Source: Candidatus Omnitrophota bacterium (GTDB taxonomy: Bacteria; Omnitrophota; Gorgyraeia; Zapsychrales; Fredricksoniimonadaceae). Taken from it: DNA of 64,000 nt. Numbering within the stretch: position 1 is the first letter of the stretch; each line of letters opens with the position of its first letter. The stretch lies in contig JAGWOI010000012.1 in assembly GCA_028870995.1 (NCBI GenBank), positions 1,501 through 65,500 of the forward strand, read 5' to 3'. Made by a program: the position numbers and the translations under genes. The notes under the pieces are model-generated. The model made no database searches. It was not told the DNA's origin and saw only the letters and a program-made list of their open reading frames with translations. Below are positions 9,271-17,538 of this stretch, piece after piece.

Positions 9271-10016
9271 AGTGAATCCAGGTGACGGGACAGGGTTTCC
9301 AGTTGATCGAGGAAATTTTGCAAATGCGCTTTGACCTGACGGGAAGGGATCAGGGTCTTCTTATGCTTATCATGGTAGGCCGAAAGCAAAGCTTCCGGCT
9401 TCAAAGCATAAATGCCCGCCAATTGTTTGAGCATTTCTTCCTTGTGTTGGGCAGGCTGCTGGTCTTTTAAATGGATAAGCTGCTTAAAGACCGGGACCAG
9501 ATCCGTAAAGGCGGCCAGAAGGAAATTCTTTAAAACCCTGAGATTGGAACCGTTTTCCAGATAGGCTTGCCGCAAATGCAGCAGCTTGCCCTTGATCTGT
9601 TGTTCGCACAGCAAGGCTATGTCTTTACGGGGAATGTCCAGGTCCTTAAAAACATCTTCGCCGAAAACCACCTTGTGCTGCTGTTTGATGCCGCTAAACT
9701 CAATGGGAAAAACATCCAAAGAGTTTAAAATATATTCCTTAGTCAAAAAAAGCGGCAGAGCGATCTTGCGCTTGCGGCCCCATTGCACCACCTCCAGGAC
9801 CTCATCCAAAACATGGGAATCAAGGTTCCTGACAACCACCGCCACATTAACATTGGAAACACCGGGATGGTAATTGCCATTGACCGCAGAACCGTAGACC
9901 AGAATGGAGATCACATTGTCATCCAGGCTTTTCAAAAGTTTATGGGCAAACTCCGTCATCAGCGGTTGGATGGGCAAAGGCAATTCATTAATAGATTTTA
10001 ATTCGGGCAAGATCAC
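9267..10016 (-). CDS. nucleotidyltransferase-fold protein (KNTase-like: NT domain plus helical C-terminal domain); catalytic carboxylates apparently replaced by Asn
   Basis: ILVYGSAVNGNYHPGVSNVNVAVVV is the hG[GS] NT-fold signature, but NVN sits where D-x-D/E is expected. GTG start; GTGA overlap with the upstream small ORF. Confidence 0.55.
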   Translation of the reverse strand: MILPELKSINELPLPIQPLMTEFAHKLLKSLDDNVISILVYGSAVNGNYHPGVSNVNVAVVVRNLDSHVLDEVLEVVQWGRKRKIALPLFLTKEYILNSLDVFPIEFSGIKQQHKVVFGEDVFKDLDIPRKDIALLCEQQIKGKLLHLRQAYLENGSNLRVLKNFLLAAFTDLVPVFKQLIHLKDQQPAQHKEEMLKQLAGIYALKPEALLSAYHDKHKKTLIPSRQVKAHLQNFLDQLETLSRHLDSL

Positions 10017-10255
10017 TTGGGCGTATGTTTTTTCTTACGGCTGACGGCTTTGAGGCCGGCGGGTTTCTTGAGGCCATTATGATAAGCCACCCATACTGCC
10101 GCGTGTTTCTTGAGCCAGTCTTCAGCCGCCGCTTCGAAACCGATATCATAACCGGCGATTTCGCTTTCCAGCCATTTATGGCGATTGATCTCCTCAATCA
10201 CCTTTTTATTACGCAACAATTTTTTGGCGTCCAGGCTGCTCAAACGGGTCTTCAT
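10013..10255 (-). CDS. small basic hypothetical protein (80 aa, lysine-rich C-terminal tail)
   Basis: MKTRLSSLDAKKLLRNKKVIEEINRHKWLESEIAGYDIGFEAAAEDWLKKHAAVWVAYHNGLKKPAGLKAVSRKKKHTPK. Its stop overlaps the NTase GTG start by 4 nt (GTGA), suggesting translational coupling. Confidence 0.4.
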   Translation of the reverse strand: MKTRLSSLDAKKLLRNKKVIEEINRHKWLESEIAGYDIGFEAAAEDWLKKHAAVWVAYHNGLKKPAGLKAVSRKKKHTPK

Positions 10256-10318
10256 TTATTTTATTCTAGCGTCATGGTATTTTTTTTGCAAGAACTTACT
10301 GTTAAAGAAGTTATGCAG

Positions 10319-11245
10319 TTAAAAAACCTGCACATTAAAATGGGCTTCGTAAGGAAATGTCCCTTTATCCTTCAGGTGCAACGCATAGGAAGCCTGCAAA
10401 AACTGTGCCGCCTGCTGAGACTGCCCCAAACGACCATAAAGGGTTGCCATGTCATAATAAACATCCGGATTGCTTTTTTGTAAACTCAGGCTCTTTTCAA
10501 AAAACAGCAAGGCTTCCTGGGGCCGGCCCATATTGTCGCAGGCGATCCCCGCATCGGCATAAAAAACATCTTTGTAAGGCAAATCAGGATTGGACACCGC
10601 CACCTTAGACACGAGAAACATCTTTTCGTACTGCCCCAAATGCGCAAGGCTCGATAATAAGAGAACATACGCCCTGCCCTGGGCTTCATGCAGGTCCGCC
10701 TCCAGCGAAAACCTGAAAAAAGGACTGGCAAAAATCTGGCGGTAAACAGTCGAATTTTGCATCAGGAATCCGGTGAGTTTTGGGTTCGAGGCAATGGTTT
10801 TAAATAAATAATCCGCGGCTTGGGACCAATCCCCTTTTTTGTAATAGATCAAACCCAGATTGTAATTGGACCAGAAAAGGCCCTGACCTTTGATGTCGGA
10901 AGAATTTTTGAACAGATCGATGGCCCTGCCTTCATGGCCAAAATAATACTCCACAAATCCCAAAAGCTGTTTGGTCAACGCATCATCCGGCATGTAACTT
11001 AATACCAGCTTGAAATAATTCGCGTACCGCTGCCATTCAGTATCGTCCCGCAAGGCCTTGCCCCTTGAAAAAAGCACAAGGTCGGAAAAATCAGGAATGG
11101 AATCATTCAAATGCCTGATCTTGGTACGCTCATCCAGCGTCTTGAAGTCTACAAAAACCAGACAAAAAAGAAATGCGACGATGTAAATGAAGCCGACCCT
11201 GCTTAACAACCAGCGCAAGGAGATTATCAAGTTCCATCGAGGCAT
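10319..11245 (-). CDS. membrane-anchored TPR-repeat protein
   Basis: N-terminal TM helix (LLSRVGFIYIVAFLFCLVFV), then several TPR-like units (YNLGLIYYKKGDWSQAADYLFKTIASNP...). The start is taken at the internal Met at 11245, overlapping the upstream gene's end by 19 nt. Confidence 0.6.
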   Translation of the reverse strand: MPRWNLIISLRWLLSRVGFIYIVAFLFCLVFVDFKTLDERTKIRHLNDSIPDFSDLVLFSRGKALRDDTEWQRYANYFKLVLSYMPDDALTKQLLGFVEYYFGHEGRAIDLFKNSSDIKGQGLFWSNYNLGLIYYKKGDWSQAADYLFKTIASNPKLTGFLMQNSTVYRQIFASPFFRFSLEADLHEAQGRAYVLLLSSLAHLGQYEKMFLVSKVAVSNPDLPYKDVFYADAGIACDNMGRPQEALLFFEKSLSLQKSNPDVYYDMATLYGRLGQSQQAAQFLQASYALHLKDKGTFPYEAHFNVQVF

Positions 11246-13299
11246 GGTTTCTCCCTGGTTAACAGTGCCAACAGCGACAGAAACACAGCGGCAAAAATAA
11301 CAATCAAGGCCCAGCGGAATACATAATTCCAAGGATCGGCGAAACGCAGCAGGATATCGGATTGGCCTGCCGGGAGCCAAAGCCCCTTAAAGGCGACATT
11401 GGCCCTGTACAAATGCGCCGGCCGACCGTTGATCGTGGCATGCCAGCGGGTATCATAATTGTCATTGATGACCAAAAATTGCCTGTAAGGCAGCCGGGCC
11501 TTTAGCCTCCAGGTATTGGCGTCGGCATGCACCAGCAATAATTTTCCGGACTTTAAAGGATGAATGTCCGCCTCTGGCAAGACGCCAGGTTTGCTCTGCC
11601 AATCTTTGGCAGTGCTTTCAAATTTTGGCAGATAAGCCACATTGCCGCCGGCAGCGGCCGTTACATCAAAAGTTTTAAAGAACGGCATGTTTTCCTCATA
11701 AGGAAACACGTTGTCATAGAGAATGAATCGGTGTTCCAGATAGGTATGCAAAGATGCGGGATCCATAAAATCCACCAGGGCGCTGAACCAATGGGTGGCG
11801 TAATACAATTCCATTTTTGACGGCTTTTGGCTGATATGGGCTTTTTGGTACTCAAATTGCTCCTGAAGGCCGGCAAATAATTTTTTATCCATCTGGGCAT
11901 AGACCTGCGCGGATTGGATAAAAACTGCCGCCAGCAGAAGACAAAGGGCAAGCCTGGAAGCCCTGTTGCCCCAACGCCAATAAACAATGAAAAAAACAAG
12001 GCTCAAAGCCATTGCAGCCCAGGCCCCGGCCAGGACCCCCTGCCGTGTCAACAGGAACCCTGCAAACGCCAGGTGGGCGGTGATGATAACGGCAAGCCAG
12101 GCCGCTTTCCGGGATGATGCGCTGATAGCCTCCAATAAAGGTTTTAAAGCAGCTGCAGATAACAGGATGGCCATGGGCAATATACCCAGCCAAAAGAGAT
12201 AATAAATCTGCCGGATGAATTTCAAAAAAAACAGATGCCCATAAAGAAAGGCGTTGATCCTGGAAGCGGTCGTAATGGTGATGAGAAAAAGCATAAGGAT
12301 ATTGAAAAGCAGGAAGTAGATAAGTTTATTGATCCTTGCCGGAATGGAGATCAAAAGAACCAGGAAAAACACATAGGGAATAAAAATGTCCCCCATATCC
12401 AAATGCGCCTGGTCGTCAAACAGTCGGTCAAAATATCCATGGCTGACAAGATCTCCGCTTTCGGTCGCCTGTGCCCCTACGGTCACGGCCGATGATGCGC
12501 TGGCATTGCCGAAATGGCGGCCAGGCAGGACAAAACCGCCGCTTTTTGATTCCTTATAAAAAGCCAGACCCGGAATACAGGAAATTAAAAGGAAGGCGGC
12601 GCAAATAAAAGAAAAGAACTTATGCTTGGCGAAAAAAGATAAACTTTTCTTAAAGAAATCTGCCAAAGACCGGGGATAGAAAAAGATAAAGAAAAAAGTA
12701 AAGACAGTCAGGATGATCACAAAGAAAAACGGGATATAGGTTGTCGCGATAAGTCCTAAGCACAGGCTCAAACCAAGCAAAGAGCTGCGTTGAGGCTTTC
12801 GACCGAAGCATAAAAGGAAAAAAAAGGACCAGATGATGGGAACAAAAATGATAATTATGTAGTTATAGAATATTTCAGAACCCCAGGAAGAGAACAGGAA
12901 CAGGATATAGGCCGCAAAGGCAACCAAGCGGTCCGTGAACAGCAGCCTGGCGATCAGGTAAACGCCTAAGGCCGCCAAAAAATAATACAAGCCTATAAAG
13001 ACCAGATAGGCCGCTGCGGATGAAACCCCCGCCCATTTCAACAGGATGATCAGGAAAAAAAACGGATTAACCTCCCCCATCCGCCTTAAAAAAAATTCAT
13101 TCGGCGCCCCATAAAACCAGGTCGGGTCCCACAGAGGAAAAACACCCTTACTTAAACTATCAGTGTAAAAAAGAATATGGTCGCGGTATGAAATGGCATC
13201 GGCGAATAAAGGCAGACGCTGCGCAAAAAAATTCCAAAAACAGAAGATCCACAAAATAAAGGATACAGCCAACAGCAGTTTTTCAACCCACGGTTTCAT
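11227..13299 (-). CDS. large polytopic membrane protein, YfhO-like (putative GT-C type glycosyl/polymer transferase)
   Basis: 690 aa. About 14 TM helices in the N-terminal two-thirds, then a ~230-aa soluble C-terminal domain. Very hydrophobic and Phe-rich. Confidence 0.5.
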   Translation of the reverse strand: MKPWVEKLLLAVSFILWIFCFWNFFAQRLPLFADAISYRDHILFYTDSLSKGVFPLWDPTWFYGAPNEFFLRRMGEVNPFFFLIILLKWAGVSSAAAYLVFIGLYYFLAALGVYLIARLLFTDRLVAFAAYILFLFSSWGSEIFYNYIIIIFVPIIWSFFFLLCFGRKPQRSSLLGLSLCLGLIATTYIPFFFVIILTVFTFFFIFFYPRSLADFFKKSLSFFAKHKFFSFICAAFLLISCIPGLAFYKESKSGGFVLPGRHFGNASASSAVTVGAQATESGDLVSHGYFDRLFDDQAHLDMGDIFIPYVFFLVLLISIPARINKLIYFLLFNILMLFLITITTASRINAFLYGHLFFLKFIRQIYYLFWLGILPMAILLSAAALKPLLEAISASSRKAAWLAVIITAHLAFAGFLLTRQGVLAGAWAAMALSLVFFIVYWRWGNRASRLALCLLLAAVFIQSAQVYAQMDKKLFAGLQEQFEYQKAHISQKPSKMELYYATHWFSALVDFMDPASLHTYLEHRFILYDNVFPYEENMPFFKTFDVTAAAGGNVAYLPKFESTAKDWQSKPGVLPEADIHPLKSGKLLLVHADANTWRLKARLPYRQFLVINDNYDTRWHATINGRPAHLYRANVAFKGLWLPAGQSDILLRFADPWNYVFRWALIVIFAAVFLSLLALLTREKPCLDGT

Positions 13300-13850
13300 T
13301 CGATCCTCTTAAGCTTAAAGGCGCTGCGAAGCCGGTAGGCGGCAATGCCGAAAGCCACGGCCACATTCAAAGAATTCTTGATTCCGTCCATCTCTATCTC
13401 GATGGCGGCATCGCATAGATCCGGCAAAGCATCTGCCACCCCGCTGACCTCATTGCCGATCACCAAACACACAGGGAACCTGGGTTTAAATATATCGTGG
13501 TTGATGCTGCCCTTCATTTGTTCAAGCAGCACGATCTGATATCCCTGCTCCTTCAACTCTTGTACCAGACCGACAATGCTTTCCCTATATTCCCAAGGCA
13601 CATGGTTTTCCGCGCCCAAGGCGGTTTTGGCGATGCCGCCCTGCGGCGGGTAACCGGTGATGCCGCAAAGCCAGATTTTGGACACCCCCGCCCCGTCGGC
13701 GGTACGGAAAATAGTGCCCACGTTATGCAGACTGCGGATGTTATTAAGCACAACACACACCGGCAGCTTGCGGCCGTTGAGCTTACCAGCCTGACGGCTG
13801 ACGATCTCCTCATGGGTAAGCTTGCGCATGTTTAGGAAAGCATCTCCCAT
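13296..13850 (-). CDS. SpoU/TrmH-family RNA 2'-O-methyltransferase
   Basis: CVVLNNIRSLHNVGTIFRTADGAGV...LVIGNEVSGV...NSLNVAVAFGIAAY are SPOUT methyltransferase motifs. Confidence 0.75.
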   Translation of the reverse strand: MGDAFLNMRKLTHEEIVSRQAGKLNGRKLPVCVVLNNIRSLHNVGTIFRTADGAGVSKIWLCGITGYPPQGGIAKTALGAENHVPWEYRESIVGLVQELKEQGYQIVLLEQMKGSINHDIFKPRFPVCLVIGNEVSGVADALPDLCDAAIEIEMDGIKNSLNVAVAFGIAAYRLRSAFKLKRIE

Positions 13851-15553
13851 TCCTGAGTTGCCGTTTCAATCAAGGGCTTGATGATATCATCGGAGAAATC
13901 AAAAGAGATCCCTGCAGCCTGATACAGCTCCTTGACAGGCCTGGAACCCCCCAGGGAAAGCCCCCGCTTATAGTCGGCCAAAGCCTTGGCCGTCCCCATG
14001 CGCCTGGCGTTACGCCACACCTGCAGAGCGCCTAATTGTGCGATACCGTATTCAATATAATAAAACGGCAATTCAAAAATATGCAGCTGCCTATGCCATA
14101 AATAATTTTTAACCTCATCCAGCCCGCTGTAGTCGATAAACTTGCCGCCAAACCGGTCATAAAGCTCATTCCAGGCCGCCCGGCGCTCGTTGCGTGAATG
14201 CTGCGGGTGCTCATAAAGCCAGTGCTGAAATGCGTCGATATTGGCCACCCAGGCCAGGACATGAATGATCCCCTCCAAATGCTCGCGGTTCGAACGGCGC
14301 ACATCGGCATTGTCATAAAATTCACCGATATGCTCCCCTCCCAACAATTCCATGGCCATGGAAGCCACCTCGCAAAATTCCATGGGGCCGTGGCGGTAGT
14401 CGAGGATGGGGTCATGGGCGCAGGCCAGGGCATGAAAGGCATGGCCCGATTCGTGCAGCAGCGTGCGCACATCATCATCGATACCGACGGCATTCATAAA
14501 AATAAAGGGCTTGCGCGCCTCGCATAAGGTGTTCTGGTAGCCGCCCGGAGCCTTGCCCTTGCGGCTGGCCAAATCCAGAAGACCAAGCTTCTCCATCTCT
14601 TGGAATTGCCCGGCAAAATCAGGGTCCAATTTATTAAAAATAGCACCCGTGCCCCGGACCAAATCCCCGGCTTCTTTAAAAGGCGCCAACGGTTTTTGCC
14701 CCAATGGATCAACGGCCGTGTCCCATGGCCGCAAAGAAGTCAACTTCATCTGTTCTTTGCGTTTGCTTAATATCTTCCCGTTTAATGGCACCACCAGCTT
14801 TTCAACCGTCTGGTGGTATTTTTTGCAATCCGCCGGCGTATAATCAAAACGCTGGTAGGCTTTAAACTGGTAATCAGTAAAACAGGAAAACCCCGCATTA
14901 GAGCCAATCTCATTGCGTAATTCAAACATCTTATCAAAAAGCTCTTCCAGCTTGTCCCTGTCTTTCAGGCGGCGTTCGGCCGTAGCTTTCCAGGCCCGCT
15001 CGCGCAGGGAGCGGTCGGTTTCCAAAAGGTATTTGCCCATCTGCGGCAGGGTCTGCTCGCTTCCCTCAAAGTTCACCGTCATGCCACCGATAACCGTCTG
15101 ATATTCCTGGCTGAGCAAAGCCACCTTGGTCTGCAGGGGCACGTTTTTCTCGACAAAAAGCTCTATGCTGGTTCTGGCCGCCCGGTCGTAGACTTCATAA
15201 CGATGAGGGTTCAAGGGGAAAAGTTTACGGGCTTCCAAATATTTGCGGTTCAAACGGTCGTTGATCGGCTCGACCGCCGGTGGAATCGTTTGAACAAATT
15301 GGGCATAGGCCGCAGCCCGGGCAGGGTCATCGGTCTGACAGGTCATGCGGATATAAAGGATGGAGCCTGCCTGGGAGAGGGCCGCATCCAGCTCGGAACG
15401 CTGCAAAAGCCATTGTTCCAGCTCTTGGGCAGAGCCGATTTCTTTCTTTTCCAATTGCCCATAGAGCTCCAGGACCGTAGCCTGGTCGGTCAAATCCGCA
15501 CCGTCCGGCACAAAACTTCTTGTTTGATAAGGTGTCAATTGAGTTAAATCCAT
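13832..15553 (-). CDS. pepF: oligoendopeptidase F (M3 family zinc metallopeptidase)
   Basis: 573 aa with the HESGHAFH zinc motif (HExxH) and overall PepF-like layout. Confidence 0.85.
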   Translation of the reverse strand: MDLTQLTPYQTRSFVPDGADLTDQATVLELYGQLEKKEIGSAQELEQWLLQRSELDAALSQAGSILYIRMTCQTDDPARAAAYAQFVQTIPPAVEPINDRLNRKYLEARKLFPLNPHRYEVYDRAARTSIELFVEKNVPLQTKVALLSQEYQTVIGGMTVNFEGSEQTLPQMGKYLLETDRSLRERAWKATAERRLKDRDKLEELFDKMFELRNEIGSNAGFSCFTDYQFKAYQRFDYTPADCKKYHQTVEKLVVPLNGKILSKRKEQMKLTSLRPWDTAVDPLGQKPLAPFKEAGDLVRGTGAIFNKLDPDFAGQFQEMEKLGLLDLASRKGKAPGGYQNTLCEARKPFIFMNAVGIDDDVRTLLHESGHAFHALACAHDPILDYRHGPMEFCEVASMAMELLGGEHIGEFYDNADVRRSNREHLEGIIHVLAWVANIDAFQHWLYEHPQHSRNERRAAWNELYDRFGGKFIDYSGLDEVKNYLWHRQLHIFELPFYYIEYGIAQLGALQVWRNARRMGTAKALADYKRGLSLGGSRPVKELYQAAGISFDFSDDIIKPLIETATQEWEMLS

Positions 15554-15572
15554 AACGTCGTCCTTTTAAAGC

Positions 15573-15600
15573 TTGACAAATCCAGGCAATCAAGTATGCT
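15573..15600 (+). promoter_or_regulatory. sigma70-like promoter for rpmB: TTGACA, 16-nt spacer, TATGCT
   Basis: TTGACA at 15573-15578 and TATGCT at 15595-15600. The RBS aaagagg at 15625-15631 precedes the ATG at 15642. Confidence 0.35.
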
Positions 15601-15641
15601 TATTATTCAAATTTTGACCTATTAACCAAAGAGGCATTCTC

Positions 15642-15869
15642 ATGAGAACTTGCGTTATTTGTGACAAAACAATGGCTTCCGGCAGAAAATACAAGCGGCG
15701 CGGTATGGAAAAGAAAAAAGGCGGCGCCGGTTCCAAAATTGTCGGTAAATCTTTCCGCACGGTACTTCCCAACCTCCAGCGCATCAAGATCAAGTTAAAC
15801 GGCATCGTGCAGCGTGCTCTGGTATGCACCAGCTGCATCAAAGCCAACAAAGTCACGCGGGCAGCCTGA
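15642..15869 (+). CDS. rpmB: 50S ribosomal protein L28
   Basis: 75 aa. MRTCVICDKTMASGRKYKRRG...RTVLPNLQRIKIKLNG...TSCIKANKV; the CxxC...CxxC arrangement and layout are L28-like. Confidence 0.85.
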   Translation: MRTCVICDKTMASGRKYKRRGMEKKKGGAGSKIVGKSFRTVLPNLQRIKIKLNGIVQRALVCTSCIKANKVTRAA

Positions 15870-17535
15870 TATCTTTCAGCAATAATTGCGCGGCCGGAGC
15901 CTTGTTCCAATCATCGATGCTCAAGGTGTAGGCCGCGTCTATTTTACCGCCCAATCTCACTATCTCCCTGAAAGAACCCATCCCGAAACCCACGGCGCTG
16001 ATCGATTTGCTGCCGTCACTGACCCAGAATTTGATCGTATCCTTGCCCAATACCACCGGCTGACTTTTGACCAAAAGCCCCCTGGAGCAGAACACCGGGG
16101 CGGGATTACCCTCTCCATGCGGTTCCATGGAGGCGATAAGCTCAATCAACTTCAAATCTATTATACTCAAAGGCAGTTCACAGTCGATATCCAAGGTGGG
16201 AACGCATTTTTCCGCAGACAAAAATTGTTTGGCAAAATCATTCATGGCTTTGCGGAAGGTCGCGATATTGCCATGCTTTAACCGCAAACCGGCAGCCCGC
16301 TGGTGGCCGCCGTAATTCTCCAGGAATTCGGCGCAGCTGGTCAAGGCTTCGTGCAAGTGAAACCCGTTGATGGAACGGGCGGAACCCGTCCCGATGCCGT
16401 CCTCAACGGAGATTACGATGGTAGGCCGGTAATATTTATCCACGATACGGCTGGCCACGATCCCCAAAACTCCCTTGTGCCAGCCTTCCTTGTGCACGAT
16501 AATGACCCCTTCTTCCTTGTGCAGCCCCTCGGCTTCGATCATGGCCATGGCCTCTTCCACCACTTCATTTTGCATTTTCTGACGGGTGGAGTTATGGGCT
16601 TCCAGGTTGCAGGCCAGGGCATACGCATCGGCGGCATTGTCAGATAAAAGCAAATCCAAGGAAACTGCAGCGGAATCCATCCGGCCGGCCGCATTCAGGC
16701 GGGGGCCTAAAATAAAACCGATATAATACGGCCTCATTCTCTTGCCGGCGATCTTGGAGACTTCCAAGAGGGCTTTTAAGCCCGGCTTGCTGGTCCGTTC
16801 GATCGTGGGCAGGCCGTTTTTGACAAAAATGCGGTTCTCTCCGTGCAAGGGCACCACATCCGCCACGGTCCCTAACGCCACCAGGTCCAGATCTTCCGAA
16901 GGGATATTGCCCAGCACGGCCTGCGTCAGTTTGGCCACCAGACCAACGGCAGACAAATTCTTAAACGGGTACAGGCAGTCCAGGCGCTTGGGATTAATGA
17001 CACCCAGGGCCGCAGGAAGCTTATCCCCTTCCGGCTCATGATGGTCAATGATGATCACATCGATGCCGGCGGCTTTAATGGCATCCACCGGCCCAAAGGC
17101 ATTGATACCGCAATCAACCGTGATCACCAGGCTGATACCCCGCGATTTGGCGAATTGGGCGATCTCCTGGTTAAGGCCGTATCCTTCTTCCATCCGGTGG
17201 GGAATGTAATTGATCGTCGGAATGCCTAGATGGTCCATGAGCCGGCGCAGCAAGGCGCTGGAAGTGACCCCGTCCACATCATAGTCGCCGTAAATGAGCA
17301 CTTTTTCCCCCCGCTTCCTGGCCTCTTCGATGCGGGCAGTGACGCGGTCCATGTCCGAGAGCAAAAAAGGATTATGCAGGGTTTGCAGGTCAGCGGACAG
17401 GAATATCCTGGCCTGGGCAGCGGTGGTGATCTTACGGTTGACTAAAAGCTGCGCCATGATGGGGTGAAGGCCCAACGCTTCGCTAAGATGCTGGCAGGCT
17501 GACGGGTTTTGAGGTTGGATATTCCATTGTTTCAT
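15853..17535 (-). CDS. recJ: single-stranded-DNA-specific exonuclease RecJ
   Basis: 560 aa. DHH motifs (VLIYGDYDVDGVTS, VITVDCG, IIIDHHEP) and a DHHA1 region (GGHQRAAG). Confidence 0.9.
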   Translation of the reverse strand: MKQWNIQPQNPSACQHLSEALGLHPIMAQLLVNRKITTAAQARIFLSADLQTLHNPFLLSDMDRVTARIEEARKRGEKVLIYGDYDVDGVTSSALLRRLMDHLGIPTINYIPHRMEEGYGLNQEIAQFAKSRGISLVITVDCGINAFGPVDAIKAAGIDVIIIDHHEPEGDKLPAALGVINPKRLDCLYPFKNLSAVGLVAKLTQAVLGNIPSEDLDLVALGTVADVVPLHGENRIFVKNGLPTIERTSKPGLKALLEVSKIAGKRMRPYYIGFILGPRLNAAGRMDSAAVSLDLLLSDNAADAYALACNLEAHNSTRQKMQNEVVEEAMAMIEAEGLHKEEGVIIVHKEGWHKGVLGIVASRIVDKYYRPTIVISVEDGIGTGSARSINGFHLHEALTSCAEFLENYGGHQRAAGLRLKHGNIATFRKAMNDFAKQFLSAEKCVPTLDIDCELPLSIIDLKLIELIASMEPHGEGNPAPVFCSRGLLVKSQPVVLGKDTIKFWVSDGSKSISAVGFGMGSFREIVRLGGKIDAAYTLSIDDWNKAPAAQLLLKDIRLPA

Positions 17536-17538
17536 CTT

